A stretch of DNA of 50,641 bases from Clostridiales bacterium (GTDB taxonomy: Bacteria > Bacillota > Clostridia > Christensenellales > JAISNN01). The stretch is taken from the NCBI GenBank assembly GCA_031273825.1, contig JAISRB010000047.1, forward strand, positions 1 through 50,641, written 5' to 3'. This document shows, piece after piece, positions 20,549 to 31,655 of this stretch (the stretch's first letter is position 1; each line of letters begins with the position of its first letter). The notes beneath the pieces were generated by a model that worked only from the letters and a program-made list of their open reading frames with translations, did no database searches and was not told the origin of the DNA. The position numbers and the translations under genes were made by a program.

Positions 20549-20593
20549 CGGTCAGTGAACCGTAGTCAGTGGTCAGTGGGGGAGTTTTGCTTT

Positions 20594-20878
20594 TTATTCG
20601 CCGGTGTAACCCCATTCTACTGGACGATTGTCGGGATTCCATGAGCCGGACCAGCCGCTCGGCTTGTCCGCCTCTATCACTTCTGCGTATATCGTTAATG
20701 CACTGCAATTCCTAAACGCATATGAGCCTATGTAAGTCACACTACTCGATATCTCTATCGACGCTAATCTACTGCAGTCCGCGAATGCAAATTCGCCTAT
20801 GCTCTCTACGCTATCCGGTATCTCTATCGACTCTAAACTACTGCAATATGCGAACGCACCATAGCCTATGCTCGTCAC
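20594..20878 (-). pseudogene. 3' remnant of a BspA-type leucine-rich-repeat (LRR_5) gene, interrupted by the island
   Basis: 23-aa repeats VTSIGYGAFAYCSSLESIEIPDS plus a C-terminal cap KPSGWSGSWN...WGY; no SD or signal peptide; begins about 20 bp after the recombinase stop. Confidence 0.8.
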
Positions 20879-20899
20879 GCACGCATAAAGGTATACCTA

Positions 20900-22576
20900 T
20901 CATATATTTGAATTAATAAACCTATAAATAATGTTGATTTTGTGTTCTATTCCGTCGTCATGCCGTTCGGTGGAGATTTCTATACGTTCTATCAGCGCGT
21001 TGAGCATTTCCGCCGTTAAGCTCGGGCTTTCGGAATAAGCGATTGCGAGTTCCTTTAATTTATTCAGCCGCGTTTCGTAATCGTCCGTCTTTTTGAGTTC
21101 GTCGTTTATGGCTTTCAGCTGTTCGTTCAACGTTCTCTGCTCCGCTTGATAGTTTACCAAAAGCAAGCGATAATTCTCCTCGTCCAACACTTTCGCCGCA
21201 TAGTCCTCGTACAGCTTCCGAACAATCGTCTTTAGTCCATCAAAGCGTTTTTCTATTTTAGCTTTCTCCGTTTCCGCTTTTTTGCGATCGTTCCGTTCGG
21301 CGGTTTTCTTTCTAACCGTCTCGAACGCCGCGTCGTCGTTTTTTAACAGCCCTATAACCTTTCCAACGGCGTTAGAGATTTGCACGCAAATATCGTCATA
21401 ATAGATATAGTTGTTGCGCGGGCATTCCTCGGGATTGTCGCCGTAGTGCGTTTTACAACGGTATTGCGGCCTTTTTTCTATAGTTCGACCGCCGCGCTTG
21501 ATGCTCTGATGAGCGATGGTCATACGTTTACCGCAATTAGCGCAAAACACGATTCCGCGAAAAATGTTGTCGGTTTTATGAATTTGCGGTCTGTGCCTTG
21601 CGGCGATGAGTTCGCCTACTCTCGCGAAGTCCTCGCGGCTCACGATCGCCTCGTGCGTATTCGCGACTACAATATGCTTTTCTTTTGGCAAACGCACAAG
21701 CTTTTTCGTCTTGTAATTCAGGACTTCATACTTGCGGTTTACCATATCGCCGACATACGCCCGGTCAAAAAGAATATCGCCGACCGTCGCATATTTCCAC
21801 ACCGTGTCGTATTCCCCGTTCTTGCCCTTACGGAAATGCGCGAAGCCTTTTATACCTTGCGCCGTTTTATACGCCGACGGAATAAGCGTCTTTTTCTCCG
21901 TCAAGGTTTTTGCTATCGCATATCTGCCTTTCCCCTCCAACGCAAGCCTGAATATCTCTTTGACGACCGCCGCGGCTTCCTCGTCCACAATCAGCTTGTT
22001 TTTGTTTTCGGGGTGTTTCTTGTAGCCGTAGGGAGCTTGCGGATTGATGAACATTCCGTTTAAGGCTCTCTGCCGTTTTGCCGCTTTTACTTTCTTCGAT
22101 ATGTCCTTTGAATACATATTGTTAAACATATTCTTAAAGGGCATAAACTCGCTGCCGTCCGGCTTGGCCGTATCCACGTTATCATTTACTGCTATGTACC
22201 TCACGTTATTATCCGCAAAATAGATTTCAATATAGTGTCCCGTTTGAATGTAGTCGCGTCCGAGTCTTGACAGATCCTTCGTGATTACAAGGTTTACCTT
22301 TCCCGCCTCTATGTCTTTGAGTAGCCTTTGAAAGTCGGGTCTGTCGAAATTTAAGCCCGTATAACCGTCGTCAACATAGTAGTCATAAATCTTGTAGCCG
22401 TTGTCCTTGCAATATTTTTTCAGCATTATTTTTTGCGTTTCTATGCTCGAACTGTCGCAAGTCTGACCGTCGTCCTTGGAAAACCTCAAATAAAGCGCGG
22501 CATTATAGCTTCTTGCGTCAAAAAGGTTTAACCCGTCGTAATTAAAGTCGTAATTTTTATATCCTTGTTGTTCCAT
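20900..22576 (-). CDS. Large serine recombinase (resolvase + recombinase + Zn ribbon, TnpX-like), outer element
   Basis: YLRFSKDD catalytic Ser, DDGYTG, KDLSRLGR, APYGY, CANCG Zn ribbon, I.IIYRF terminus. Confidence 0.93.
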   Translation of the reverse strand: MEQQGYKNYDFNYDGLNLFDARSYNAALYLRFSKDDGQTCDSSSIETQKIMLKKYCKDNGYKIYDYYVDDGYTGLNFDRPDFQRLLKDIEAGKVNLVITKDLSRLGRDYIQTGHYIEIYFADNNVRYIAVNDNVDTAKPDGSEFMPFKNMFNNMYSKDISKKVKAAKRQRALNGMFINPQAPYGYKKHPENKNKLIVDEEAAAVVKEIFRLALEGKGRYAIAKTLTEKKTLIPSAYKTAQGIKGFAHFRKGKNGEYDTVWKYATVGDILFDRAYVGDMVNRKYEVLNYKTKKLVRLPKEKHIVVANTHEAIVSREDFARVGELIAARHRPQIHKTDNIFRGIVFCANCGKRMTIAHQSIKRGGRTIEKRPQYRCKTHYGDNPEECPRNNYIYYDDICVQISNAVGKVIGLLKNDDAAFETVRKKTAERNDRKKAETEKAKIEKRFDGLKTIVRKLYEDYAAKVLDEENYRLLLVNYQAEQRTLNEQLKAINDELKKTDDYETRLNKLKELAIAYSESPSLTAEMLNALIERIEISTERHDDGIEHKINIIYRFINSNI

Positions 22577-22662
22577 TTTTACCTCCTATTAGAACAACGA
22601 AATTAAGGATAGTCGCATATATATTATACAATAAACTATCCTCGCGTGTCCAGCGATATTGA

Positions 22663-22824
22663 TTATTTCTCCTCCTTTTTCCGTTCCTCTTTCTTGCAAT
22701 ATTCCGCATACAATAAATCGGCAAATATATCCGATAAATTGCGTTTGCCGCTATATTCCTCCCTAACAACAAAACGCCGCGCCGTTTTATCAGCAGCGCG
22801 TTTTACTTTTTTATTCAATTTCAT
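22663..22824 (-). CDS. Small TnpW-like transposon protein (53 aa, below the ORF-track cut-off)
   Basis: AGGAGAGG SD; MKLNKKVKRAADKTARRFVVREEYSGKRNLSDIFADLLYAEYCKKEERKKEEK; position upstream of the recombinase. Confidence 0.55.
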   Translation of the reverse strand: MKLNKKVKRAADKTARRFVVREEYSGKRNLSDIFADLLYAEYCKKEERKKEEK

Positions 22825-23019
22825 AGCCTCTCCTAATGATTCTCTCTTTGTGCGTTTCTTTGTCTTTCTAACGGCTGAATTATAGCTGACAATGCCTTGT
22901 CGATTAACCCGCCGTCATACAACTGTAGATAATAGACTTGTCATTTAATTCAAGTTTAGATTAACGATTGCGGCGATAAGGTTTGTTCTCAAGTTATGCT
23001 TTTTGCGGTGATTATTCAC

Positions 23020-23484
23020 CTAATCCCTTAACTTTCTAAGCTCTCGTATTTCATAGTCCGAAAGGAAGTCGGGGGCTTCTTGAAAATACCCTTTGCCGAA
23101 TTGCTTGCCTTCTGCCGTTCCTTCAAGCTCAAGCTCCTTTACCTGAAACAAGGAACAGACAATGGATTTGTTTATGTTTTCGTTTATGATTACCTCCCTC
23201 AAAAGTCTGACTATTTTTAAAAAGCTATCCCCGACAATATCGCCACCGCTTTGCTCCGGCTTCGGCGTTTCCTCTTGTTCGGATATTCCGAATTCGGCGG
23301 CATATAGCTTCGGCAAGCCGTACATAAGCGCGTCGTTGACGAGTTTGTTGAAGTTGCTTTTGTATTTATCCAAAGCGGATAATCGGTCTATGACCTCCCA
23401 CATTTTTTCGTTCCTGATACGGATAAACTTAGCCGTTCCTCTATCCGAATTTTTTAGTTTTCTGCCCATTATACTCCCTCCCAT
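23020..23484 (-). CDS. Hypothetical protein, possible RHH relaxosome accessory factor
   Basis: N-terminal beta-helix-helix pattern KFIRIRNEKMWEVIDRLS...FNKLVNDAL; likely start 23469 after GGGAGGGAG; next to oriT-like hairpins. Confidence 0.5.
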   Translation of the reverse strand: MGGSIMGRKLKNSDRGTAKFIRIRNEKMWEVIDRLSALDKYKSNFNKLVNDALMYGLPKLYAAEFGISEQEETPKPEQSGGDIVGDSFLKIVRLLREVIINENINKSIVCSLFQVKELELEGTAEGKQFGKGYFQEAPDFLSDYEIRELRKLRD

Positions 23485-23486
23485 GA

Positions 23487-23548
23487 AAAGCGGGTTTCCC
23501 GCCTTGTTCCAACGTCGGAATAGCCATATTGCTATTCCCTTATCCTCG
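23487..23548. promoter_or_regulatory. oriT-like double hairpin of the outer element (interrupted by the nested element)
   Basis: GCGGG-TTT-CCCGC (23490-23502) and GGAATAGC-N6-GCTATTCC (23517-23538); similar to the hairpin upstream of the relaxase. Confidence 0.45.
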
Positions 23549-23550
23549 TA

Positions 23551-23576
23551 AGATATACAGAAGGATACATTTTGCA
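23551..23576. repeat. Left terminal inverted repeat (att arm) of the nested element
   Basis: agatatacagaaggatacattttgca, reverse complement of 35496-35521 with 2 mismatches. Confidence 0.9.
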
Positions 23577-23613
23577 GACTGGGGTTTAACCCGTCTGCTG
23601 TGTCTTTTTGGGG

Positions 23614-25475
<1,862 letters not shown>

Positions 25476-25661
25476 TTCTCCTCAAATTTACTTTTGTGTG
25501 GATATCATGTTCTCTCTCCTGAATGGATACCGTGTTCCTTCTCCACATACCACAAAACACCTCCTGTAATGTATTTTCGTGTCATGGGGTTCGGCGGTAA
25601 AAGCGGCTTATTCGGTCAGTTTTGCCGTCGACTACAAATCATTGAATGAATGTAGTTGTTT

Positions 25662-25958
25662 TTAGTTTTTATCTGTTTTTTCTTTTGTGGATCTTTCGGA
25701 TTCAAAATCGAAAAAGTCATCGTAGCCGTCCATAATTTTCGCTAAAGATAAATTCTTTTCGGCGGATTGCTCTACTAATGCCTTGTAACCTTCTTCTATA
25801 AGCTGTACCTTTGTAAAGCCGTACCCTTTCAGAAAGGCGTTAATCTCATCGGCTTTTTCTTTGGGTACGCTTGTTCCCCAAACGGCACTTTTGGCTTTTC
25901 GCTCGTTCCTATGCTTATCCTCATAACGCTTATCTTTTATAGCTCTCGTTTTTTTCAT
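25662..25958 (-). CDS. Hypothetical small DNA-binding (RHH-like) protein
   Basis: GGAGG SD; TTGACG-N18-TAAAAT upstream; WGTSVPKEKADEINAFLK..G.TKVQLI pattern. Confidence 0.55.
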   Translation of the reverse strand: MKKTRAIKDKRYEDKHRNERKAKSAVWGTSVPKEKADEINAFLKGYGFTKVQLIEEGYKALVEQSAEKNLSLAKIMDGYDDFFDFESERSTKEKTDKN

Positions 25959-26063
25959 TATATCCTCCGAAAATATTGCGTCGTATAAATACGATTGATT
26001 ATATTTTACACTATATGGGGCAATAGCGTCAAGCGGAATGGGATAGTTAAATAAATTATTCCG

Positions 26064-26258
26064 CTAATCCTTGCCACAATTATAACGGCTGTTGTTTTTC
26101 CGCGGGAGAATTTCTACGGATGCTTCTTTTTTCGGCTGCCGTTGCTCCCGTTCATGCTCGGCTTGCATTTCCTCCTCAATCTCTTTTAGGCGATTGCCGT
26201 AGGCTTTTGTTTCGGATAAAAACCATCTTAGAATACTACCAAACATATCGAATGACAT
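26064..26258 (-). CDS. Short ORF, probably the out-of-frame C-terminal part of the relaxase
   Basis: Overlaps the relaxase 3' end in another frame; no clear SD; coiled-coil-like content. Confidence 0.4.
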   Translation of the reverse strand: MSFDMFGSILRWFLSETKAYGNRLKEIEEEMQAEHEREQRQPKKEASVEILPRKNNSRYNCGKD

Positions 26259-27303
26259 TTCCCAAGCGGCGGCGGTAGTCCCATTCTAAACGGTCTATGG
26301 TTTGAATTTGCTTGACGCCGAATAAATCTGAAGCATCAGCCATATCTGCGTCGTCTTTGAACACGCCGTCCTTTTTCATTCGCTCTTTATAATAATTGCC
26401 CATAATGGACTGTAACGCTTTCTCTTTCTTTTTCAGTTCCTCCCGAAAAGCATTGTCAGCCCAAAAAACATTATCGTCGGTTGCGGCAATAAATTCTACA
26501 ATGTCATCTACCTTGTTGCGGAATGGGATCATGTCCTTGCGTCCATACTGAAATGATGCGTTTCGGGGGATTATTTCCGCTAATTCTTTCATCATTTTGG
26601 TTGCCGCATCCGTGAATTTTGCCTTAGTAAAATCACCGCCACAATGGTGCAAAGCATCAACCGCATCATCACGCTTACGGGCAAGGTCATCGTCAAGGGT
26701 ATAAGCGTTTAACCTTTCCGTCATTTTGTCAATAGCATCCATTGGGATTTTGCCTTTAGCACGGTACTTAATTCCCGCCGCCCGTTCATTTTTTACCTTC
26801 GGCTCTTTCTCCCAAAACTCATAATGAATATGTAAATGCCGAGGTCGGTCTAAGTGAAGGGCGCACATCAAATCCATATTGCTTGGGTCAAAGCCTGCGT
26901 CTCGAAAAAACTCTCCGAATACGCTTTTTACAAGGGCAATGCACTTTTCCGGATGGTCAATCTTTTCCGAATTTTCTTCGTTGAAAGAGATAAATCCATG
27001 CCAAAGATTCTTCTCTCCCGACTGCGCGCTTAGCTTCATTTGCCTTAATTCCTCGTACTCAAGCATACCGCTTTGGTTAAACACTCCGGTCGATTTCTGA
27101 AGGTATTCAAGCATTGTAAATTTTTTTGCTTCTTCTCCAAAAACCTTGCCGTCGGTGGTGATGTATTTGTAATGGTTGTCCGCGCCGGTGAAGTCATAAA
27201 AGCTGCGTTTCTTTTGATGTGCCGATATTTCTGCTGCCGTTGCATTTTTCTTTAGCCGATACGGCGTATAGGCTATATCGAATATAACAGGTTGTGTTCC
27301 TAT
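26236..27303 (-). CDS. MobL/MobP2-type relaxase (ATA start; possibly degraded)
   Basis: LWHGFISF and ALHLDRPRHLHIH HUH motifs; frame stays open 63 codons upstream of the track start 27114, up to ATA at 27303 behind GGAGG, adding a Tyr-containing N-terminus (HYKYITT). Confidence 0.78.
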   Translation of the reverse strand: MGTQPVIFDIAYTPYRLKKNATAAEISAHQKKRSFYDFTGADNHYKYITTDGKVFGEEAKKFTMLEYLQKSTGVFNQSGMLEYEELRQMKLSAQSGEKNLWHGFISFNEENSEKIDHPEKCIALVKSVFGEFFRDAGFDPSNMDLMCALHLDRPRHLHIHYEFWEKEPKVKNERAAGIKYRAKGKIPMDAIDKMTERLNAYTLDDDLARKRDDAVDALHHCGGDFTKAKFTDAATKMMKELAEIIPRNASFQYGRKDMIPFRNKVDDIVEFIAATDDNVFWADNAFREELKKKEKALQSIMGNYYKERMKKDGVFKDDADMADASDLFGVKQIQTIDRLEWDYRRRLGNVIRYVW

Positions 27304-27423
27304 AATCTGTCCTCCAATTTGATTTTTTGTTTCTGCTTTTTGTTATAGGTCTATATGTTGTTAAGTTTTTTTACACAAATAAATACCTCCGTTTGTATGT
27401 TTTTCCGTCCTCTGTGGACATAA

Positions 27424-27504
27424 ATAAAGGTGGGTTTCCCACTTTATCCCGCCGTAAGGCGGTTGGGCATTTTTTAGTCTTGACTGCAAAATCTTAGCCT
27501 GCTT
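27424..27504. promoter_or_regulatory. Candidate oriT of the nested element
   Basis: Adjacent hairpins ATAAAGGTGGG-TTT-CCCACTTTAT and CCGCC-GTAA-GGCGG directly upstream of the relaxase. Confidence 0.5.
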
Positions 27505-28043
27505 CCTTTTTGCTAAATAGCAACACCTTTGCAACAGCTTTGGTTTCCGTTCGGTTCACATTTGGCTCCCGTCTGCTTGACCGTTATTTCGGATTTTGTC
27601 TTTATATGTGCGTTTATTTCATATTTACTATTTCCTTGTAACAATTAAAGTATCTAACAACAGCTCTGTGTACAAACTGTCAAGTGTAGATTGTTTCGTA
27701 TGATTGTTTCGTAATTAATTCCTCCGTGAATTTTGTGATTTTTGTTGTTGGTTTTTATGTGGCTATAATTGTTTTCAAGCGTTCACTTCGCTTTTTCCGT
27801 TATTTTGGTAATGCTCTTATCATTGTTTATCCCTCCCGATTATTTTGTTTATGGACAGAAAAAACGCCCCGTTATTTACTTCTACGAAGTGTTTTTGGTG
27901 TTGATATAGTTGTGGTTTTAGTATTAAAATGCCGCTTATGAAAACTTTCACAAACGGCATGAGTATGATAAAAGGAAGTCGTTAAAACCCCATGATACAT
28001 CAGTTAAATGTACCCGATTGTGCTTTGGTTTCACTTTTCATGT

Positions 28044-31019
28044 CTATTCCTTGTCTAAGCCGCGCCACACGGTTTCGACTGAATAGCGAATGCCCGTATC
28101 GATTGCCTTAAAGTGCGCCGCGCCGCAGCGGTTTTTAAAATTCACAATGCCGGTTAAGCCTTGTTCGTCTTTTATTCCTTTTGTTTCGATAATAAAATAT
28201 AGCTTTTTTTCGCCGTCCGCTGTTTCGTAATAAACCGCCCAATCCGGGCTGTAATTGCCGATAGGGGTGCTAATCTTAAAACGCGTTGGGATTTTAAAGA
28301 ATAATTTAACGTCATTGTCAATGTCTAAAGCCCGTGCAAAATCGCTTTCCACTCCGCTGTCGAAAATAACGTGGTCATAAACCGAATGTTCTACCGCAAT
28401 CGCATTGTGGTCTAAAAATGCGAGGGCTTCCTTTTCGTCTGCAAAATTAAAAACCTCGTACCAAGTGTACTCTTGCCCGTCGAGGCGTGTGTATTTTATG
28501 CCGTCCTCCATCATAACGTCGATTTTTGTGCTGTTTATAATCTTGATTACCGCTTCCGCAAAGGACTGCGGGTTATTTACAAAGTCCGCAAAGCGGTCTG
28601 CCGCAAGCAGAATTTCGCCGACTTCCTTGCGCGGCATTCTACAAGCCGCCGCAACCGTCGCCGTTATATCCGGCAACAAAAATTCTTGCTCCGCATCCGC
28701 AAAGCGTTGCCGCGTTTCTTCAAAACTAACGCCCGCCTTTGCAACATCAAGCCGCGCTTCCTCTTTGCGGATGCGTATAGGCTTTATTTCTTCCATAGCT
28801 TTTATACGTTCCGCACACTTTTCGTGCAGAGCGGTTATGTCCATAGCCATACGAAATATAGTTTTTTGTTTCATTTTGCCCCAAATCTCCGTAAACTGAG
28901 GAGAGAGGAATATGTCGTCCTTACGCTTAACGGAAACCTGTTTTTTATACGGCTTAATCTCGACCTTTTTGTCGGCGGCAAGCAGTATAGGAATTATGCG
29001 CTCCCGCGCCGCCTCAAAGCGGGCGGGCAAGTCAACCGTTCCCGTTTTAAGTGCGTTTTTAAGCGTATCTTTCACCTTTCCGCTTGTATCGATATAGTTT
29101 TTAGCGCGGAAATGTTGCAGAATTTCCGTCGCCTCCGCATGGTTAATCTTTTTATGTTCGGCAGCTTCCGCACCGCTTGAGGTAGCGTCATCTGCCGCGC
29201 CGTTGTTATCATTATAGGAAATGTTTACAAACATTCCGATATCCAAAACGCCGAATTTAACACCCAATTCCTCAATTTCTGTTTGCAACTTTGCCGCAAA
29301 CTCACTAAAGCCCTCGTTGCTTATAACGTGTAGGATATTTATGCTGTCCTCCTCAATCCGTTCACCGTTTTGATTTACGCAAAGCCTAAGCCCGCGCCCG
29401 ATTTTTTGGCGGCAAGTAAACGGCGTTCTATTTTCAATCAACGTGCAGATTTGGAACACGTTGGGGTTGTCCCAACCTTCCCTTAGCGCACTGTGTGAAA
29501 ATATAAAGCGCAGAGGGGATTCAAAACTAAGTAGAACTTCCTTTTGTTGCATGATTAGCGAATAAGTGTCAAAGTCATCCACCGTGTCTCCCCTTGTATC
29601 TTTTAACGCTCCTTTTTTGTCCTTGCTAAAATAACCGTTGTGAACGTCGGTCACGTCCTGCGGAAAGCGTTCACGTATCGGCGCAAACTTTGGCAAAGCG
29701 ATAAGGCGGGCGTATTCTTCCTCAAACATTTTTGCGTAAATGCCTTTTGCGTCGTCGCCGTCCGCGCCGTGAATGCGATATTTTGCCACCTCGTCAATAA
29801 AAAACAGCGACAAAACCTTGATACCACGGCTAATATACCGCAATTCCTTTTCAAGATGAATTAGTATAGTGCTTTTAATTTGTTCGCGCTTCATTACCGT
29901 TTCGTCCACGCCGCCGATAGTCTTTCCTGAGCTAAGGGTTTCGGTATTAGAAAACTCTATTCCTTCAAAGCCCTGCGTGCAGTCGATTCCTTCAATCTCG
30001 TAGCCGTCGTATATGTCGCGCCCCGTAACCTCGGAGAGTTTTGCATTGGACGAAACCGTTACGGTCTTACGCCACACAAGTCCCGTTTTCGGGTTGCGAA
30101 TATCAAGCTCTAATTTAGCGTAGAAACTGCCTTTTTTGCCAACCTCCACAAGCCGAATATAAGGCTTATTAAACCCACCCGCCACGCTGTCGCTTGCAAT
30201 GCAAATCTGCTTGACGATTTTCTTTTCGTATGCGTCCACGGGAGTGAGGCGGTAAATCGTGTTTATTTTTTCTTTATGCGTCGCGCTATAACGCAACTCG
30301 CAAAGAGGGTTGAGATTGTTCTTGATTGCCGTCCGCGCTAATGTCGTAGTGTCTAAGCTCTGCGGTTCGTCAAGTATCACGATAGGACGGCACTCGGTCA
30401 TAAACTCCCGCGCCGTTTTATCCATGCGGTCGCTTTCCTTAACAAAAAGGTTGCTGTCCTTGTTTATTGCGTCGATAGTTACAATCATAACCTCTAAGGT
30501 TGACGAGAGCGCAAAGTCGCGCACCTCGTTTAGCTTTTTAGAGTTGTATATAAAGTAATGCGCCCGCCGTCCGTCGTACTCCTGCGCAAAGTGCGACTCC
30601 ATGATTTTGAAGCTGTGGTATACGCCCTCGCGAATGGCGACGCTCGGAGCTAAAACTACGAACTTGTTAAACCCATATAGCTTGTTAAGCTCAAATATAG
30701 TCTTTATGTACACAAACGTCTTGCCCGTGCCTGTTTCCATTTCAATATTAAAGCGGTATTCGGGTTGTCCGTCCACATCGGGTATTTCCGTAAGAGGAAG
30801 TAGGTTCATTTCTTGCACAGCGTTCATATTCGCTTGTATTTGAGCGCGGTCTATTGTCAGCGCATTACCGTAGCCTTGAAAAACGCCTTGCGCGTGGTCG
30901 TGCAAATCAAGCCGTTCTACTGAAAAAATAGACGGTGCACCCGTCTGCCCTTTGAACAGCTCCGCCGCCGCGTTTACCGCATCTATTTGGAATTGTTGTT
31001 TTTTAAATTTTAGTTTCAT
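28044..31019 (-). CDS. res: Type III restriction enzyme Res subunit
   Basis: METGTGKT, PSVAIREG, DEPQ, RYSATH, LREGWDNPNVFQIC, C-terminal PDW...IIETKG nuclease motif. Confidence 0.95.
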   Translation of the reverse strand: MKLKFKKQQFQIDAVNAAAELFKGQTGAPSIFSVERLDLHDHAQGVFQGYGNALTIDRAQIQANMNAVQEMNLLPLTEIPDVDGQPEYRFNIEMETGTGKTFVYIKTIFELNKLYGFNKFVVLAPSVAIREGVYHSFKIMESHFAQEYDGRRAHYFIYNSKKLNEVRDFALSSTLEVMIVTIDAINKDSNLFVKESDRMDKTAREFMTECRPIVILDEPQSLDTTTLARTAIKNNLNPLCELRYSATHKEKINTIYRLTPVDAYEKKIVKQICIASDSVAGGFNKPYIRLVEVGKKGSFYAKLELDIRNPKTGLVWRKTVTVSSNAKLSEVTGRDIYDGYEIEGIDCTQGFEGIEFSNTETLSSGKTIGGVDETVMKREQIKSTILIHLEKELRYISRGIKVLSLFFIDEVAKYRIHGADGDDAKGIYAKMFEEEYARLIALPKFAPIRERFPQDVTDVHNGYFSKDKKGALKDTRGDTVDDFDTYSLIMQQKEVLLSFESPLRFIFSHSALREGWDNPNVFQICTLIENRTPFTCRQKIGRGLRLCVNQNGERIEEDSINILHVISNEGFSEFAAKLQTEIEELGVKFGVLDIGMFVNISYNDNNGAADDATSSGAEAAEHKKINHAEATEILQHFRAKNYIDTSGKVKDTLKNALKTGTVDLPARFEAARERIIPILLAADKKVEIKPYKKQVSVKRKDDIFLSPQFTEIWGKMKQKTIFRMAMDITALHEKCAERIKAMEEIKPIRIRKEEARLDVAKAGVSFEETRQRFADAEQEFLLPDITATVAAACRMPRKEVGEILLAADRFADFVNNPQSFAEAVIKIINSTKIDVMMEDGIKYTRLDGQEYTWYEVFNFADEKEALAFLDHNAIAVEHSVYDHVIFDSGVESDFARALDIDNDVKLFFKIPTRFKISTPIGNYSPDWAVYYETADGEKKLYFIIETKGIKDEQGLTGIVNFKNRCGAAHFKAIDTGIRYSVETVWRGLDKE

Positions 31020-31654
31020 AATCCTTCATCCTCAAGTACTCTGAATATATCAGGATGCTCTTCACGGTCTATAATATTCGACAACAAACCATCTACAAGA
31101 GCAAATTCAAATAAGATAAGTTCAAAGGAATTCGAACCTTTATTATCATTTTTGTCCGTTAATATCAAAAAATTATTATATATGTTGATTAGCGTTTTTT
31201 TGAATAATATCAAAAGGTCTATTAAATAAATTTTATTGAATCTTTCTGCATCACCGTAAAGCATTTCTAATAAATTATGACCTATTTCATCTCTAATTTT
31301 TTTGAGTTTAAAGTATTCCTTTTTGTCCTCTAAATTCATAAAGTCAAATAAAACCATGATATCAATTATGTCCGCTTTTTTTAGTGTTTTTTTATCGTTA
31401 AACATTTTTTTCAAGCTTGCTTTCATTATGGCTGCATAAACATCTACAGGCTCTTTTGTATCATAAGTTTTTTGCAGATTTCCGCCTATTCTATTACATA
31501 TAGTCAAATTAAATCTTTCAAAAACTGCAATAAAAGCGGCAGAAAAAACTGCGCTTTCAATCTTGTCATTATCTAAAAAACGGTTATCATTAATTTTCTG
31601 CCCTCTTATGGCAGCTAAACCTAACTTGTAGTTTGCAATTTTTTCTTGCTGCAT
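31016..31654 (-). CDS. AT-rich helical protein with HEPN-like Rx4H motif
   Basis: KIRDEIGHN motif; upstream ..VFERF helix; ATGA overlap with res. Confidence 0.6.
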   Translation of the reverse strand: MQQEKIANYKLGLAAIRGQKINDNRFLDNDKIESAVFSAAFIAVFERFNLTICNRIGGNLQKTYDTKEPVDVYAAIMKASLKKMFNDKKTLKKADIIDIMVLFDFMNLEDKKEYFKLKKIRDEIGHNLLEMLYGDAERFNKIYLIDLLILFKKTLINIYNNFLILTDKNDNKGSNSFELILFEFALVDGLLSNIIDREEHPDIFRVLEDEGL

Positions 31655-31655
31655 A

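Noticed and set aside
20545-20582. GTCAGTG repeated three times after fprA
   Set aside because: Too short and irregular to assign; not CRISPR-like
20660-20878. 69-bp periodic repeats as a possible CRISPR or DGR template
   Set aside because: They are in-frame LRR coding repeats; no cas or reverse transcriptase gene in the window
23470-23551. The reconstructed empty site gives an open frame from a TTG near 35550 into the 23020-23484 ORF
   Set aside because: Could be chance; the ORF has its own strong SD before ATG 23469, so gene interruption is not claimed
25580-28000. AACCCCATGA(C/T)AC present in inverted orientation at about 25580 and about 27986, and a GATTGTTTCGTA duplication at about 27689
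   Set aside because: Short matches without supporting context
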